Shown here piece by piece: positions 27,722 to 28,853 of a stretch of 28,853 bases of DNA (positions are counted from its first letter, which is position 1; each line of letters opens with the position of its first letter). The notes beneath the pieces are model-generated. The model searched no databases. It saw only the letters and a list, made by a program, of their open reading frames with translations, and was not told the DNA's origin. The DNA comes from a bacterium (GTDB lineage: Bacteria > Arandabacterota > Arandabacteria > Arandabacterales > JALGWA01), in assembly GCA_050125095.1 (NCBI GenBank), contig JASFEA010000022.1, positions 1 through 28,853 on the forward strand, in the 5' to 3' direction. Made by a program: the position numbers and the translations under genes.

Positions 27722-28745
27722 AGAACTCACCTTCGCGGTGAAGGCGCCCAACTGGCTTGGGGACGCCGTCATGGCGCTGCCGGCCATCTCCAGCGTCGTC
27801 GAATGCTCGAGGCGCGGCAGGGTGCTCGTCATCGGCTCAACCTCGTCGGCGGGCCTCTGCGCCCGCCTGGGAGGGACGCTTGCCTATCCCGTGACCAGGC
27901 CCGGCGGCGGGGCCCTTGAGTCGGCGCGCTCGATTTTGAGCGGAAGCTCCGTCCTGAGGTCCTTCGGGCCGGTCATGGTTCTGAGCTTCACGCGGTCATT
28001 CACCTCTGCCGCCATGTGCTACCTGGGCAGGGTGCCGAGGCGGGTGGGATTCGAAGACTCCGCCGGGGCCATTCTCTATACCGACAGGGTGAGGCGGCCG
28101 CCCCGCGAGACCACACACTTAATTGATATTTATAAAGAAATCGTGCAAGCTATTGGAATTCCAGTAGATAGCACAATTCCACGCCTGTCTCCTTTTGACG
28201 AAGACATAGCCCGGGGACAAGAGATCCTGGCCCGGAGCGGCCTGGGTCCGGGAAGGTATGTGTGTATGTTCCCGGGGGCCCGGTACGGCCCCGCCAAGAT
28301 GTGGCCCGCGCGTCGATTTGGCTTGCTTGGAGACATGATTGCTGATAGGTTCGACCTCGAAATAGTGCTCGCCGGTGGACGGCAAGAGCGGTCAGCCTGC
28401 CAGGCCGTCGAGAGCGCCATGAGGGGCCGGGTCCATAACTTGTGTGGCATGACGGACCTCGCCGGGCTTATCGGTGTCATATGGCTCTCGAGCGGCGTGG
28501 TGTCTAATGACAGTGGCGGTATGCATCTGAGCGCGGCGCTGGGCAAGCCCGTGGTCGGGCTGTTTTTCTCCACGGACCCGGCCTGGACAGGTCCGGTCTC
28601 GCCCAACTCCGTGGCTCTCTACAAGGCAGTGGACTGCTCGCCCTGCTTCGAGCGGGATTGCCGCAAGGGCAACGTCTGCACCGACGGGATAGACGAGGCT
28701 GAGGTGCTCGAAGCGCTGACGCGCTTGGCGGGACTCGAGGCGTGA
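27714..28745 (+). CDS. waaF: LPS heptosyltransferase II (GT9)
   Basis: '[15 protein letters not shown]', '[12 protein letters not shown]', '[14 protein letters not shown]', 'CSPCFERDC'; ATG 27714 has GGAG 9 nt upstream (alternative ATG 27705). Confidence 0.85.
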   Translation: MNKELTFAVKAPNWLGDAVMALPAISSVVECSRRGRVLVIGSTSSAGLCARLGGTLAYPVTRPGGGALESARSILSGSSVLRSFGPVMVLSFTRSFTSAAMCYLGRVPRRVGFEDSAGAILYTDRVRRPPRETTHLIDIYKEIVQAIGIPVDSTIPRLSPFDEDIARGQEILARSGLGPGRYVCMFPGARYGPAKMWPARRFGLLGDMIADRFDLEIVLAGGRQERSACQAVESAMRGRVHNLCGMTDLAGLIGVIWLSSGVVSNDSGGMHLSAALGKPVVGLFFSTDPAWTGPVSPNSVALYKAVDCSPCFERDCRKGNVCTDGIDEAEVLEALTRLAGLEA

Positions 28746-28853
28746 GCAAAGCCATTTTCTTCGACAGGGACGGAACCCTACTCGTAGAGACGGGGTATCT
28801 CTCGCACCCATCCTTGGTGAAGCCGTATCATTTCGCGGCCGAGGCCCTTAAGC
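28742..28853 (+). CDS. gmhB: D-glycero-D-manno-heptose 1,7-bisphosphate phosphatase (HAD-IIIA), 5' partial; not in the supplied ORF track
   Basis: GTG 28742 overlaps the waaF TGA and reads [37 protein letters not shown]..., containing the HAD motif I DRDGT; next to heptosyltransferase genes. Confidence 0.85.
   Translation, partial: MSKAIFFDRDGTLLVETGYLSHPSLVKPYHFAAEALK

Noticed and set aside
28112..28141. dif-like appearance of the AT-rich waaF patch
   Set aside because: The match to the XerD arm TTATGTTAAAT is poor, the spacing is wrong, and it lies inside a coding sequence.
1..28853. CRISPR arrays, IS elements/integrases, tRNA/rRNA, riboswitches
   Set aside because: No spaced direct repeats, transposase or integrase ORFs were seen, and the longest intergenic gap is 78 bp with no tRNA-like motifs.

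Overview
A GC-rich, gene-dense chromosomal core region from a diderm bacterium. The LpxC-FabZ fusion, the McsA/McsB/ClpC module and a Minf_1886-family gene suggest an FCB/PVC-type or candidate-phylum lineage (inference). Nearly all genes lie on the + strand in an outer-membrane/LPS biogenesis superoperon: (Gly-rich tail of an upstream gene)-lolC/E-lolD-mcsA-mcsB-clpC-bamA-skp-lpxD-lpxC/fabZ-lpxA-gnnA-like oxidoreductase-lpxB-waaA-lpxK. This runs, translationally coupled, into nadB, a THEP1-type NTPase and a signal-peptide-bearing AmmeMemoRadiSam B+A fusion, which converges on a membrane-bound spermidine-synthase-like gene (- strand). A divergent unit follows: Minf_1886 family-Hsp20-degenerate GT9-msbA-GT9-waaF-gmhB (truncated). 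I found no mobile elements, CRISPR arrays, rRNA or tRNA genes. The most interesting items are the NTPase/exported Memo-AMMECR1/degenerate SpeE-like module, the Clp-N-repeat resemblance of the Minf_1886 protein next to Hsp20 in a McsB/ClpC locus, the ctsR-less arginine-kinase module with its own internal promoter inside the envelope operon, a probable diamino-glucose lipid A pathway with gaps, and an unresolved waaA start. All calls come from motif recognition by eye; no searches were run.
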